From Abditibacteriaceae bacterium (GTDB lineage Bacteria; Armatimonadota; Abditibacteriia; Abditibacteriales; Abditibacteriaceae), in assembly GCA_965277285.1 (NCBI GenBank), contig OZ255721.1, positions 192,001-256,000 of the forward strand: DNA of 64,000 bases. The letters are read 5' to 3'. Made by a program: the position numbers and the translations under genes. Of the stretch, positions 1-9,945 are shown in pieces. Position 1 is the first letter of the stretch. Each line of letters opens with the position of its first letter. Under the pieces are notes generated by a model, which worked only from the letters and a program-made list of their open reading frames with translations, was not told the origin of the DNA and searched no databases.

Positions 1-1461
1 GCTTATACCCGAACGACTGAAGTAAGTGATCGGCTGCGGCCCGGCGCCCCAAAGGTAATTGCCGCCATCTTGCAGCGAAATCATGCTGCACAAGTCGATC
101 CAGTAGCGGCCATAGCGACCTTGCCAGGCGCCGCGCGTCGCCCAATCGTCGCTCAGCGCGACAACCGCAGGCTCAATATCAGAGCGCGGCACGCTTCCCA
201 ATTGAGCAAGTAAAGTGTTCAATTCATTCAGAGACGGCGAGGAAGTCACTCTGGGGGAACTCGAAGCCGCATTTGAGTACTTGGTGTTCGGTTGCGCGCG
301 CTTTGTCGTGTTCGCGCGAAAACTCGATTGCGACAAACCGCTGCCGTAATGTGCCAGCAAAACGCGCCCGTCTGGTAAAGGCAAAATGTCCTTGACGAAA
401 TCTTTGGCGGCTTCGTCTTTCGAGTCGCGCGTGCTGTCGAAAAGCGTTTTGCCAAGCGACGCATTGAAGACTTGATAAGAAACTTTGCTCGTCATGTTGG
501 CGCGATGACCAACGTAAATGTGACCTGCGCCATCTTGCGCCAAACACGTTACGTAATCTTCGCACAAGAGCGCGCCCTTTTCTTTCCAGCCGCGCGGCGC
601 GCCGGAAAGACGCCGACGGACTTTATCGGCGTAATCGCGGCCCCGCAAATAGCGCCATGTCGCGCCGTTGTTGCGGCTCCACGCCAAACCTTGCGTTGTG
701 GCCACGACAAGAGTTCCATTCTGCGCGCGCAAAACGTCGTTGATCAGGTTCGAGGGCAAGCCGCTGCCCGATGGCTCGCTGCCTGGCAAATCGGAAGCGG
801 CGCGAGTTTGTCGCCACTTCGAGTACTCGATTCCATCACGTGTCTTGGTGGCGCGACCCACGATTACGCCGTCGACTTGTGTCCCCAGAACGATGTCGCC
901 GTTGCGCGCGAAGCAAATCGCCTGCACTTTGTCGCTTTGCAAGCCGTCGTCGCGCGTGTAAGTGCGCCACGTTTTGTGCGCCTGCGAATAGCGTGTGACG
1001 CCTTCGTTGGTCGCAATCCACACGTCGCCGTCGAAAGGTGAAACCGCAATCGACCAAACGCGTTCGCCCAAAACGCCGTCCATTACGCCATAATTGCGCC
1101 AGGTTTTGCCATTCCAGATCGATACGCCATTGCGATTGGTTCCCGCCCACACGCGGTTTTGATTATCGACAGCCAGACTGCTGAGGATGGCGTCATTTGG
1201 TAATCCCAAGCTTTTCGCGGAGAAATTGCGCCATGTGGTTCGGTTCGCCTCGCGCATCCACACACCGCGATTTTCTGTGCCGACGAAAACGCGTCCGCGA
1301 TGGTCGCGCACCAAAGCCGTGATCAAGCCGCTTTGATTTTGCAGGTTCCAGACGACCGAAGGCAACGAATTTGGCGATGCAATTTTGGCCATTGCTGTGT
1401 GGCCGGTGGCTAACCAAGTCAACAACAAAGCGGAACAACTCAACGCGGGACGCAAGCTCAT
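1..1461 (-). CDS. Secreted beta-propeller protein (two-component-regulator propeller-like repeats), 3' end beyond window
   Basis: Not in the ORF track because it has no stop in the window. Hand translation from ATG 1461 (AAGGA RBS upstream) gives MSLRPALSCSALLLTWLATGHTAMA (signal peptide), then repeats ITALVRDHRGRVFVGTENRGV, SSLAVDNQNRVWAGTNRNGV, IAVSPFDGDVWIATNEGV and GLPSNLINDV. The frame is open to base 1. Confidence 0.8.
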   Translation of the reverse strand, partial: MSLRPALSCSALLLTWLATGHTAMAKIASPNSLPSVVWNLQNQSGLITALVRDHRGRVFVGTENRGVWMREANRTTWRNFSAKSLGLPNDAILSSLAVDNQNRVWAGTNRNGVSIWNGKTWRNYGVMDGVLGERVWSIAVSPFDGDVWIATNEGVTRYSQAHKTWRTYTRDDGLQSDKVQAICFARNGDIVLGTQVDGVIVGRATKTRDGIEYSKWRQTRAASDLPGSEPSGSGLPSNLINDVLRAQNGTLVVATTQGLAWSRNNGATWRYLRGRDYADKVRRRLSGAPRGWKEKGALLCEDYVTCLAQDGAGHIYVGHRANMTSKVSYQVFNASLGKTLFDSTRDSKDEAAKDFVKDILPLPDGRVLLAHYGSGLSQSSFRANTTKRAQPNTKYSNAASSSPRVTSSPSLNELNTLLAQLGSVPRSDIEPAVVALSDDWATRGAWQGRYGRYWIDLCSMISLQDGGNYLWGAGPQPITYFSRSGIS

Positions 1462-1574
1462 AAAGTTCCTTGAAACTCGAAGTTGCTGCTATTATGTCCG
1501 TAACTCTTGAAAAGCGCAATCGAGTACTCGAAACCAGAGCGCGAAACGCCTTTGCTATACTTCCAAGTCCTTTC

Positions 1575-2630
1575 ATGCCAACTTCTCCCGATACAACGCC
1601 AAAACCCAAAGCCGAACGCGATACGCGCTTGCCGCCGCTGTTCGCGCGCGAAAAACACTTGCTGGGATGGCAAGGCTTGACGATCATGCTGCCCAAAAAC
1701 TGGAATCTGGCGCAGTTTGGCGGCACGCATCGCAAAGGTCAGTTGCGCGCTGACGATGAAGACGGGCCGCGTTTAGAAATCAGTTGGGAAAAGCCGTCGA
1801 AAGCCGTCGATATTCCGACCAGCGTGCAGCGATTTCTGCAAACCCTGGAGCGCGACGCCAAAAAACGTAAATCGCGTTTCGTGCCGGAAGACAAAGCGCG
1901 TGTTGTCGCTAAATCGCGCAAGCGCAAAGACCAATTGACCAGTTTCGGTTGGACGGGCGAGCGCGACGAACCTAACGGACAAGGCTGGGGCGTCGCTTGG
2001 CATTGTCCCGATTGCGGACGCGTCGTGGTCGGTCACGTCATCGGGCGTGGATCAGAAAAGCCGGATCGCGTGCGCGAATTGGCTGCGTCCGTCCTCGAAA
2101 GCCTGGAATGTCACGGGCAGGGCGGCTGGGAAACATGGAGCGTTTTCGATCTGCGCTTGGAAGTGCCGCAAGAGTTTGAACTGGAACGCGCCAAACTGGT
2201 TACCGGCAAGCTCGAACTGGAATGGATTCGTCCGCGCCCCGCCGGTGCGATGGCGTGGTCAAAACGCGATGAACGTCTTGCACTGGCGCGCTTTTCCCTG
2301 GCGTCGTCGGTTTTGCACGAGGAAGATTTGGAAGAATGGGCGCATCGCGTCGTTAAGCCGTTGGACAAAAAACGCTTGATCTACGGCAAGTTGGAAGAGC
2401 GCGAAACGACGGAACATCCGGGCGTTTACACGCGCGGCGCCATCAAAGATTTTCGTCACCGCTATTTGTTTTACGCCATTGATTGGCTTTTTCGTCGCCC
2501 GCGAATGTTGACCGAATTGCGCGCCTGGCATTGCGCACCATCCAACAAATTGTTCGCCTTTCGTTCTAATTTGTTGCCGAAAAACGAACACGTTGTCGCT
2601 GACGTTTTGGATTCGCTGCAATGTCATTGA
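1575..2630 (+). CDS. Hypothetical protein (with a CPDC motif)
   Basis: Long ORF 1470..2630; probable start MPTSPDT at 1575; no family recognised. Confidence 0.65.
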   Translation: MPTSPDTTPKPKAERDTRLPPLFAREKHLLGWQGLTIMLPKNWNLAQFGGTHRKGQLRADDEDGPRLEISWEKPSKAVDIPTSVQRFLQTLERDAKKRKSRFVPEDKARVVAKSRKRKDQLTSFGWTGERDEPNGQGWGVAWHCPDCGRVVVGHVIGRGSEKPDRVRELAASVLESLECHGQGGWETWSVFDLRLEVPQEFELERAKLVTGKLELEWIRPRPAGAMAWSKRDERLALARFSLASSVLHEEDLEEWAHRVVKPLDKKRLIYGKLEERETTEHPGVYTRGAIKDFRHRYLFYAIDWLFRRPRMLTELRAWHCAPSNKLFAFRSNLLPKNEHVVADVLDSLQCH

Positions 2631-2644
2631 AGTTGAACCCGATG

Positions 2645-2718
2645 AACGAACCCGAAGCGTAAGCGACGGGTCTTCTACGGCTTTACACAAGACCCGTCGC
2701 TGACGCTTCGGGTTCGTT
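2645..2718. repeat. REP-like inverted repeat, family ACGAACCCGAAGCGTAAGCG
   Basis: aacgaacccgaagcgtaagcgacgggtctt ... aagacccgtcgctgacgcttcgggttcgtt; same core at 51541-51623 and a related short form near 38300-38331. Confidence 0.75.
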
Positions 2719-2728
2719 ATTGTCCCCC

Positions 2729-4621
2729 ATGAAAACCGTGTTTCGCTTGCTTCCTTTCGCCGTCGCGTTTGCTTTTCCTTCCGCTTGCGCCGCGCAAACC
2801 GCTGCGACTTCCACCGATTCGAGTACTCGAAACGATGCGTATCAAACGCTCGAACGCGGGCGCGTTTTGTTGTCGATTAATGATGCGCGCGCTTTGCCGA
2901 TTTTGCGCGAGGTGGCGCGCCGCGCTTTAAGCGATTTTCAAGCGCAGCCGCAAAATGCCGTTCAAAAGGATGCGGCTGTGACGGCGTGTTTGTGGTGGGG
3001 CAAAGCCGCGCAGACCTTCAACGTGCGCGACGAAGCCATCGAAGCCTGGGCGCAAGGTTTGGCGACGATTCGCACTTTTGCGGACGCGAACAGTTTCTCC
3101 AACGTCGCGGTTTCCGCAGATGAACGCGATTTACGCGCATTGCTCAATACGGTTTTGCTGGATGGTTTGCCCTTGCGCGCGACCACGCAAACGCTGCAAA
3201 CCTTATCTGTCGAAGTGGCGAAAAGCAGTTGGAAACCGACGCTTGACACGTTCAAGATTCCCAATCTTGGTTTGCCAATCGAGTACTCGAAAGTCGCGTC
3301 CGCGAATGCGCCTGATGCAACATCGCGCGAGTTCTTAATCACCAGCGGAACGTTGTCGTTGTCGAATGTGCGCACGCCGTCGTTATACGCAAGTTTCGAT
3401 GCGGCGACTTTGCCAACAACGTTGAAAATGAATCGTGCAGTCGTCGGTTATGCGCGCGACGGCGACGTATGGCAGCAAAAAGTGCGCGTCTTGTATTGCT
3501 TGGTCGATGACGCTGAACAAACGCGCGCGGAAGAAGTGACAGCACAATTCCTGCGCGTTCAATCATTGTATGACAACTTTTTGGGACAAACCAATCGTTA
3601 TGCGACCGATGGCGTGACGACGTTGTGGCTGACGCGCCAAAGCGCCGAATGGCCGCAAACCTCGCCCGCCGACAACTGGAGCGCCGGAGCGTGGATTGAT
3701 TCCGCGCCCGATCAGATGATTTTGTTTCGCAGCGGCGAAGCGCGTCCCGAAGCCGAATGGTTGCGCGAAACAGCGCACGAATATTCGCACATCGCATTGC
3801 CGCCGTTCGCTGGTTTCGAGTTGCCGCTGGAACCTTTCGGCAACGGACGCATCGGCGAAACCTTGACCATGTTGTGGGCGGACGCTTCGCCTTCTTCGTT
3901 TTTCAGTTCAGACGAACAAAGCGAAGCGCAGAAAAACTGCGAAGTTCATGTTCAGCGCCACGCGATTCCGGCTTTGATGACCTGGTTGAAAACCGATCCG
4001 GCCAAGCCTCTTTCGCTGTCCGGCGATCAAAATGCCTTGAATCAATTGTTGGGTTTGGCGATTGAAATCGAGCGCGTTTATGGCGCTGATGTCTTACGTC
4101 GTTCTCTCAATGCCGCTTCCAATGGCAATTATGCGACGTGGCGCGAATCGGGAATCGAGTACTCGATGCGCCGCACAACAACGCGCAAGCCAATGGTTTT
4201 GCATGCCTCAGATTTGTTGCGCGCCTTTCAAAACGTGATGCACGTCGTTCCTGCGAATACCGCGATCTGGTTGACCGGCGCACTGCAACATCGAAGCGCC
4301 AGCGGATCAATTATTGATTTTTTGCCCGATGAATTGGCGCGACGCGCGCCCTTGGTGTTGAAAGCAGGCGAAAGCGCCACCGGTTGGATTTATTTTCCTA
4401 CCAACGCCAAAACGTTGCGCCTTGACTATAAGGACTTGTCGTCCAACAAGGCAGCAGCGGCACAAACCATTATCCAAATTGAAGGCGATTGGAAAACCAC
4501 CATCACGCGCCATACGCTGACAATCGCTGTCGGTCGCAGAACGGGTTGGCAGAAGATTACGGTGCGCGCCGTTCGTGCTGCGACTTTGAATGGCGCGCAG
4601 TTCGAGCGCAACGCCTTATAG
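2729..4621 (+). CDS. Secreted hypothetical protein (TPR-like N-terminus, HEYSH possible HExxH motif)
   Basis: 633-aa ORF; signal peptide MKTVFRLLPFAVAFAFPSACAAQ; ETAHEYSH may be a zinc-binding motif. Confidence 0.7.
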   Translation: MKTVFRLLPFAVAFAFPSACAAQTAATSTDSSTRNDAYQTLERGRVLLSINDARALPILREVARRALSDFQAQPQNAVQKDAAVTACLWWGKAAQTFNVRDEAIEAWAQGLATIRTFADANSFSNVAVSADERDLRALLNTVLLDGLPLRATTQTLQTLSVEVAKSSWKPTLDTFKIPNLGLPIEYSKVASANAPDATSREFLITSGTLSLSNVRTPSLYASFDAATLPTTLKMNRAVVGYARDGDVWQQKVRVLYCLVDDAEQTRAEEVTAQFLRVQSLYDNFLGQTNRYATDGVTTLWLTRQSAEWPQTSPADNWSAGAWIDSAPDQMILFRSGEARPEAEWLRETAHEYSHIALPPFAGFELPLEPFGNGRIGETLTMLWADASPSSFFSSDEQSEAQKNCEVHVQRHAIPALMTWLKTDPAKPLSLSGDQNALNQLLGLAIEIERVYGADVLRRSLNAASNGNYATWRESGIEYSMRRTTTRKPMVLHASDLLRAFQNVMHVVPANTAIWLTGALQHRSASGSIIDFLPDELARRAPLVLKAGESATGWIYFPTNAKTLRLDYKDLSSNKAAAAQTIIQIEGDWKTTITRHTLTIAVGRRTGWQKITVRAVRAATLNGAQFERNAL

Positions 4622-4835
4622 ATATTTTGTTCACGTTTGTTTTCGGCAATACGTTATTGCGGCGAAGCAGCCTGCGCTTGACGCCAAGTCATCTACGAAA
4701 AATATTCTTGAAAATCACTCCAGTAAATGTTTGAAGAACCCCGGAACTGGGTATATATAAAAGAACAGCTTAATGGATTTAGTAGATTTGAATAACGACC
4801 AGGGTGGACGAATGTTGAGAAGTCTACACTTCCAC

Positions 4836-4852
4836 GGCTAAAACGTTTAACC
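4836..4852. promoter_or_regulatory. Candidate LacI-family operator
   Basis: ggctaAAACGTTTaacc, a palindromic AAACGTTT core about 100 bp upstream of the LacI gene. Confidence 0.35.
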
Positions 4853-4872
4853 TATGGTTTGGCAGAAGCACG

Positions 4873-4918
4873 AAGTTGTCGCGTAAAGCTGTCGCGTAAA
4901 GTTGTTGCGTAAAGCTGT
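4873..4918. repeat. 13-bp tandem repeat x3.5 (AAGYTGTYGCGTA)
   Basis: aagttgtcgcgta aagctgtcgcgta aagttgttgcgta aagctgt. Confidence 0.85.
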
Positions 4919-4948
4919 GGATTGAGCGAGTGGGGACGTGATTTCATT

Positions 4949-6133
4949 ATGAGAATCAGCGAGATTGCAACGAGAGCGGGTGTGTCTTCGGCGACGGTCT
5001 CGTTTGTGTTGAACGACCGCCATGTCGAGCAGCGCATCAGCGAGAAGACGCGCAACAAGGTTTTGGAAGTGGCGGAAGAATTGGGTTACCGCTCCAATCA
5101 AATGGCGCGCGCCATGCGGACTGGCAATTCGCTGATGCTGGGAATGTTGGGCGGCGATACCAGTCAGGAGCCGGTCGGGAAAATGGTGGCGGGCGCGCTG
5201 CAAGCGGCGGACGAACAAGGTTATACGTTGAAGATTTTGCGCGATGCGGAGGGCAGCAGCGCGCAACAAGTGATTCGTCGTTGTTCGGAATTGCGTTTGA
5301 TGGGCGTGATTGCGCTGCATCTGCCGTTCGCCACGTTGTCCGAATTGCACACGGAAGCGCGTCGCTACGGTTACCCTTTGGTGCTGATGGACGCGCGTTC
5401 GGACACGCCGGAGATGACGCAGGTCGTATCGGACGACGAGGCGGGTATCGCTGCGGGCGTGGAATTGTTGGTCAAGCTCGGACATTCCCGCATCGCGTTT
5501 ATTTCAGGTCAGGCTTCATCGACGTTGTCGGCGTTGCGCGAAAACGCGTTCGTGGGCGCGATGCACCATCACAACCTGGATTTACCGGCTCATTGCGTTA
5601 CACGCGGCGACTATTATTTGCGCGAACCTTCGATTGAGGTGGCGCGCGCTCTGTTGGAATTGCCTCCGTCACAACGCCCCACAGCGATTCTCTGTTCGGG
5701 CGACTTGATTGCGATGGCGACTTTGCAAGTGGCTCACGAACGAGGGTTGTCGGTTCCGCGCGATGTTTCGGTCATTGGCTTTGCAAATATGGGCGTTTCC
5801 AATTTTGCCATTCCTCAACTGACGACGATTGAGCAGCCGTTTATGGATATGGGACGCACCGCCGTCAACTTGCTGCTGGAAATCGCGGGACAACAAGACA
5901 GCGCGAAATCCGGCCAGGCTGTTCTGGCCCAAAGAAAGTCAATTGATATCCGCGAAGGCTCAGTCCGCGAAGGCTCAGTCGCTTTTTCGACGGACGAGAG
6001 CAGCGGCCCCGTGCGTTCTTCGCTTGTGAATTCGAGTACTCGATTGGAGGCGCCAAACCGCAATATCCATCTTTTGCCGACGCGCTTGGTGGAACGCGCT
6101 TCAACCGCGCCGCCGCTTCCAGTTACCTTTTGA
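4949..6133 (+). CDS. LacI-family transcriptional regulator
   Basis: MRISEIATRAGVSSATVSFVLN HTH; VPRDVSVIGF, PQLTTIEQP and LVERAST motifs; long low-complexity insert before the last strand. Confidence 0.95.
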   Translation: MRISEIATRAGVSSATVSFVLNDRHVEQRISEKTRNKVLEVAEELGYRSNQMARAMRTGNSLMLGMLGGDTSQEPVGKMVAGALQAADEQGYTLKILRDAEGSSAQQVIRRCSELRLMGVIALHLPFATLSELHTEARRYGYPLVLMDARSDTPEMTQVVSDDEAGIAAGVELLVKLGHSRIAFISGQASSTLSALRENAFVGAMHHHNLDLPAHCVTRGDYYLREPSIEVARALLELPPSQRPTAILCSGDLIAMATLQVAHERGLSVPRDVSVIGFANMGVSNFAIPQLTTIEQPFMDMGRTAVNLLLEIAGQQDSAKSGQAVLAQRKSIDIREGSVREGSVAFSTDESSGPVRSSLVNSSTRLEAPNRNIHLLPTRLVERASTAPPLPVTF

Positions 6134-6259
6134 GACAACCCATCCTCATTGTGGGCCAGTGACTTCGACTGGCCTTTTATAGCTTTCCTGCGAACCTTGC
6201 TTTGCGTGCAGAATGAGTCTGCCCCGACCGGCCAAAATCATAAGGCCAAGGAGTTCGAG

Positions 6260-7096
6260 ATGAATACTTCGTTTGGTGCGCGTCGTCCCTTGAAGAAGTC
6301 AAACGGCTTCACGTTGATCGAGTTGCTGGTCGTCATTGCCATCATCGCCATTCTGGCGGCAATTTTGTTTCCGGCCTTCGCCAAAGCGCGCGAAAGTGCC
6401 CGCCGTGCTTCGTGCTCCAGCAATTTGAAGCAGATCGGGCTTGGCATCATGCAGTATGCGCAGGAGTATGACGAGAGCTACCCAAATGGCATGGGCAGCA
6501 ATTTCGACAACAACTGGGCGTCAAATACGCAACCCTACATCAAGTCAATCGATGTTTTTCATTGTCCCTCAGAAACCAGCACGGCCTTTCCTACAGGTAT
6601 CACAATAGGCGGTTATTTTGGCGCGCCTATTTCCTACGCGGGAAATGCTCTCACTGTTTATCGTAATGGTGCGAACCGTAACCTTGGCGTGCTGGGTGCG
6701 AGCCAGGGATGGATTGCAGACGTGCCGACCAAGATGTCAACTGTGCAGCGTCCTTCCGATACCGTTATGGTCACGGAGAAGCTGAACGGCGATGTCATGG
6801 GGCATACCGGAAACACTGTTGCCAACTTCTCCTTCTGGGGTCCGCCGTCTTTGTTCACCAACGAAGGGTTCTGGGACGCGCCGTATGGTGCTCAAGAAAT
6901 TCCAGACGGCACAAAAGCCGCGTCAACTTCGAGCAACTATCCAAATGGCGCAAATGGAGCTGTCTCCACGCCGCACCTTGAAACAGCGAACTTCCTCTTT
7001 GTGGATGGCCATGTCAAATCCATGCGGCCTATCGCCACCAATCCCGACCCCGTCAACCACCCCGAATTGAATATGTGGGATGCAACTCGTTCATAA
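6260..7096 (+). CDS. Prepilin-type N-terminal cleavage/methylation protein, DUF1559 / H-X9-DG type
   Basis: [48 protein letters not shown]-terminal [24 protein letters not shown]. Confidence 0.95.
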   Translation: MNTSFGARRPLKKSNGFTLIELLVVIAIIAILAAILFPAFAKARESARRASCSSNLKQIGLGIMQYAQEYDESYPNGMGSNFDNNWASNTQPYIKSIDVFHCPSETSTAFPTGITIGGYFGAPISYAGNALTVYRNGANRNLGVLGASQGWIADVPTKMSTVQRPSDTVMVTEKLNGDVMGHTGNTVANFSFWGPPSLFTNEGFWDAPYGAQEIPDGTKAASTSSNYPNGANGAVSTPHLETANFLFVDGHVKSMRPIATNPDPVNHPELNMWDATRS

Positions 7097-7185
7097 CCTG
7101 TGAACGACCTTTTACCACTTGTCCAACGGAGAAAATGGGATTTGCAGATTTCGTTTTCTTCGTTGGACTGGAGAATATTTACGCT

Positions 7186-7404
7186 ATGAACAAACCCTTG
7201 AAGAACTTCTTTTATCTCGGCTGTGGCATCGTTGTCCTTGCGTTGGCTGGTTGTGGCGGAAGCAGCAATTCCACACCCAGCGCAGAAGATGTAAAAGGAT
7301 TCAGAGGCGGCGGCCAAATGACGAGTCAAGAGGCTGACTACATGAAAAAGAAGATGCAGGGCGCGCAGACGCCAGCGCCTGGACAACCAGCGCCGCCCAA
7401 ATAA
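7186..7404 (+). CDS. Small lipoprotein
   Basis: MNKPLKNFFYLGCGIVVLALAGCGG, lipobox LAGC; GGAG upstream. Confidence 0.75.
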   Translation: MNKPLKNFFYLGCGIVVLALAGCGGSSNSTPSAEDVKGFRGGGQMTSQEADYMKKKMQGAQTPAPGQPAPPK

Positions 7405-7592
7405 GAACTGCATTAGCACCGCAGTAAAGTTTTCGTGAGAATGCGTCTTTTACTCTGTGTCCTCGTGGCGTTTTAACCAGACTGTCTAACAAAATAGCCG
7501 CGAAAAAGCGCGTGCGCAAGGTCTGTGATAAGACCCGCGAGCGCGCTTTTTACTCATTAATAAAGAGGGCGGAACTATTCCAATTTCAATCC

Positions 7593-9749
7593 ATGATTAT
7601 TCCAACTCTTCGTAAATGGCAATGCGTTCTGCTCACTTTGACTTATCTGGCAACTGCTTGCAGCTCGCATGCGGCAACCACGCCAACATCGACGGTCGCT
7701 CAATCCGCGTCAGGCGCACTAACGATTACGGCAGTTTCGTCAGCTCAAACGGTCGCGTCGCGTCGTGCGGAAATGGGCGCTTATGCGCGCTTGGAAACAA
7801 CTTTTTCGATTCCCGACTTGAAAACCGATCCGTTCGATTATGAGCAAACCGATGTGCGCGTGCAGGTTCGGCGCGTCGGCGGCGCGACGGTTTCCATGCC
7901 CGCGTTTTTCGATGGCGGCACGACGTGGCGCGCGCGTTTGGCGCCGCTTTCTGCCGGACGTTATGCCGTTAGCGCGATCACTCTCAATAATCGAGTACTC
8001 GAAGTGGCAGCTTCGCCGCGCCAGTGGAACGTGGCCAGCGTGCCGCGCGCGAACTTTATTCGCCTCGATGCCAAAGACAAAACGCGCTTTGTTTACAGCG
8101 ATGGCACGCCGTATTTTCCTCTCGGGCACGATCAGGCGTGGCAATCGGGCGGATTGCCGGACATTCCGGTTCTGTTCGATAAAATGGGCGCCAACGGCGA
8201 AAACTGGTCGCGCGTATGGATGAATCATTGGGACAACAAAAATCTGGACTGGCCCAAACCTGTGGGCGCTTTCGGCACGCTCAATTTGGATGTCGCGCAG
8301 CGCTGGGACGCCATTGTCACGGCGGCGGAGCGCAACCATATCGCATTCCAGATGACCTTGCAGCATCATGGCCAATATTCGGCCAGCACAGATGCAAACT
8401 GGAACGACAATCCTTACAACGTGAAAAACGGCGGATTTTTGAACACGCCGCAAGAATTTTTCACGAACGCGCAAGCCAAAACTTTGACGCGTCGCAAGTT
8501 GCGCTACATCGTGGCGCGCTGGGGTTACTCGCCCGCGATTTTGTCGTGGGAACTGTTCAACGAAGTTCAAAACACCGATGCCGCGCACGACAAACAATGG
8601 GATGCCATTGCGCAATGGCACCGCGAAATGGCGCAATTCCTGCGCGCTCAAGATGTTTATCATCACTTGATTACGACCAGTTCGATGGAATCGATTCCGT
8701 CTCAGGTCGCTGATACCGTCGACTACGATCAGGTTCATGTGTATTCGCCCGACTTGATTTTGACTTTGCAGAGCGCGGCGAACCCAAGCGTGAAACCGAG
8801 TTTTGTGGGCGAATTCGGGCCGTCCTTTCTCAAGGATGCGCAAGGCGTGTTTTTGCACGCGGGCTTGTGGTCGGGATTGATGAGCGGACAAAGCGGCGCG
8901 CCGCAGTATTGGACGTGGGATGTCGTCGAGCAGAACAATTTATATGGCCATTTTCGCGCGGCGTCGTTGTTCTTGAAACAAAGCGATTTGGCGTCGCAGA
9001 AGAATTTGGTTCGCTTCGTTCCCACTGTTGTCAGCGGCCAGACTTCGGATTTGGTCTTCAGTCCGGGCGGCGGCTGGGGAAGCGCCACGCAAAGCGACTT
9101 TGACTTGAGCGCGGGCAACGTTCCCGCAGGCGTCGGCGCGTTGCCGTCCTTTTTGCAAGGCGCCAATCACCGCGATATGAGTCCGCGTCCTCTCACTTTT
9201 CGCGTCAATTATCCGCGCGCCGGACGTTTCAGTGTCGTGTTCGATCAGGTGGCCAAAGCGGGCGCGCACATCAAACTGGCGATGGATGGCAAAGTCGTGG
9301 AACAAGATTACGCTCCATCCAGCGCCGATTATTCTGCCGCGCCCAATCAAAACAGCCTCGCATTGGATGTGCCGCAGGGAACGCACACCATCACACTGGA
9401 AAACAGCGGCACCGATTGGGTGACGATCCACCATTTTACGCTCACCGATTACGCGCAGGCTTTGACGGGTTCGGCGCTGCGCAACTCCCTTTTCATAGCG
9501 GCCTGGATTTATCATCGCGCCAACGTTTACGCCGACCGGGGAAAGGAAGGCGGCACGGCAGCGGGAACGCTCACACTTCCAGTACTCGATGCGGGACGCT
9601 ATCAAGCGACATGGTGGGATACGATGGCTGGAAAAGCGCTGCAATCGACAACGATCACGATGCGACCTGGCGCCAGTTTGACGATGGCGATTCCGCCCGT
9701 AACGCGCGACGTGGCACTTTTCGTTCGTCGCATTTCGTCGTCCAAATAA
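7593..9749 (+). CDS. Secreted glycoside hydrolase, clan GH-A (GH5-like) with N-terminal DUF5060-like and C-terminal CBM-like modules
   Basis: YIVARWGYSPAILSWELFNE (acid/base) and FVGEFG (nucleophile); N-terminal DPFD...PAFFDG...WRAR. Confidence 0.8.
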   Translation: MIIPTLRKWQCVLLTLTYLATACSSHAATTPTSTVAQSASGALTITAVSSAQTVASRRAEMGAYARLETTFSIPDLKTDPFDYEQTDVRVQVRRVGGATVSMPAFFDGGTTWRARLAPLSAGRYAVSAITLNNRVLEVAASPRQWNVASVPRANFIRLDAKDKTRFVYSDGTPYFPLGHDQAWQSGGLPDIPVLFDKMGANGENWSRVWMNHWDNKNLDWPKPVGAFGTLNLDVAQRWDAIVTAAERNHIAFQMTLQHHGQYSASTDANWNDNPYNVKNGGFLNTPQEFFTNAQAKTLTRRKLRYIVARWGYSPAILSWELFNEVQNTDAAHDKQWDAIAQWHREMAQFLRAQDVYHHLITTSSMESIPSQVADTVDYDQVHVYSPDLILTLQSAANPSVKPSFVGEFGPSFLKDAQGVFLHAGLWSGLMSGQSGAPQYWTWDVVEQNNLYGHFRAASLFLKQSDLASQKNLVRFVPTVVSGQTSDLVFSPGGGWGSATQSDFDLSAGNVPAGVGALPSFLQGANHRDMSPRPLTFRVNYPRAGRFSVVFDQVAKAGAHIKLAMDGKVVEQDYAPSSADYSAAPNQNSLALDVPQGTHTITLENSGTDWVTIHHFTLTDYAQALTGSALRNSLFIAAWIYHRANVYADRGKEGGTAAGTLTLPVLDAGRYQATWWDTMAGKALQSTTITMRPGASLTMAIPPVTRDVALFVRRISSSK

Positions 9750-9776
9750 ACTTTGTCGACTCAATTTTTCATCATT

Positions 9777-9862
9777 CGTAGGGGCTTGGCGTGCCAAGCC
9801 CGCACCTCGCCAATTCACCAACCGCCATTCACCAACAGGGCTTGGCACGCCAAGCCCCTACG
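9777..9862. repeat. GTAG-type REP doublet
   Basis: cGTAGgggcttggcgtgccaagccc ... gggcttggcacgccaagcccCTACg. Confidence 0.8.
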
Positions 9863-9945
9863 GTTTGTGCCGAATGCGTTTCGGGCGACTTTTGCCAGTG
9901 ACTTAACCCGCTCGGATTATCGAACAAAAACAGGAGACATCAAAG

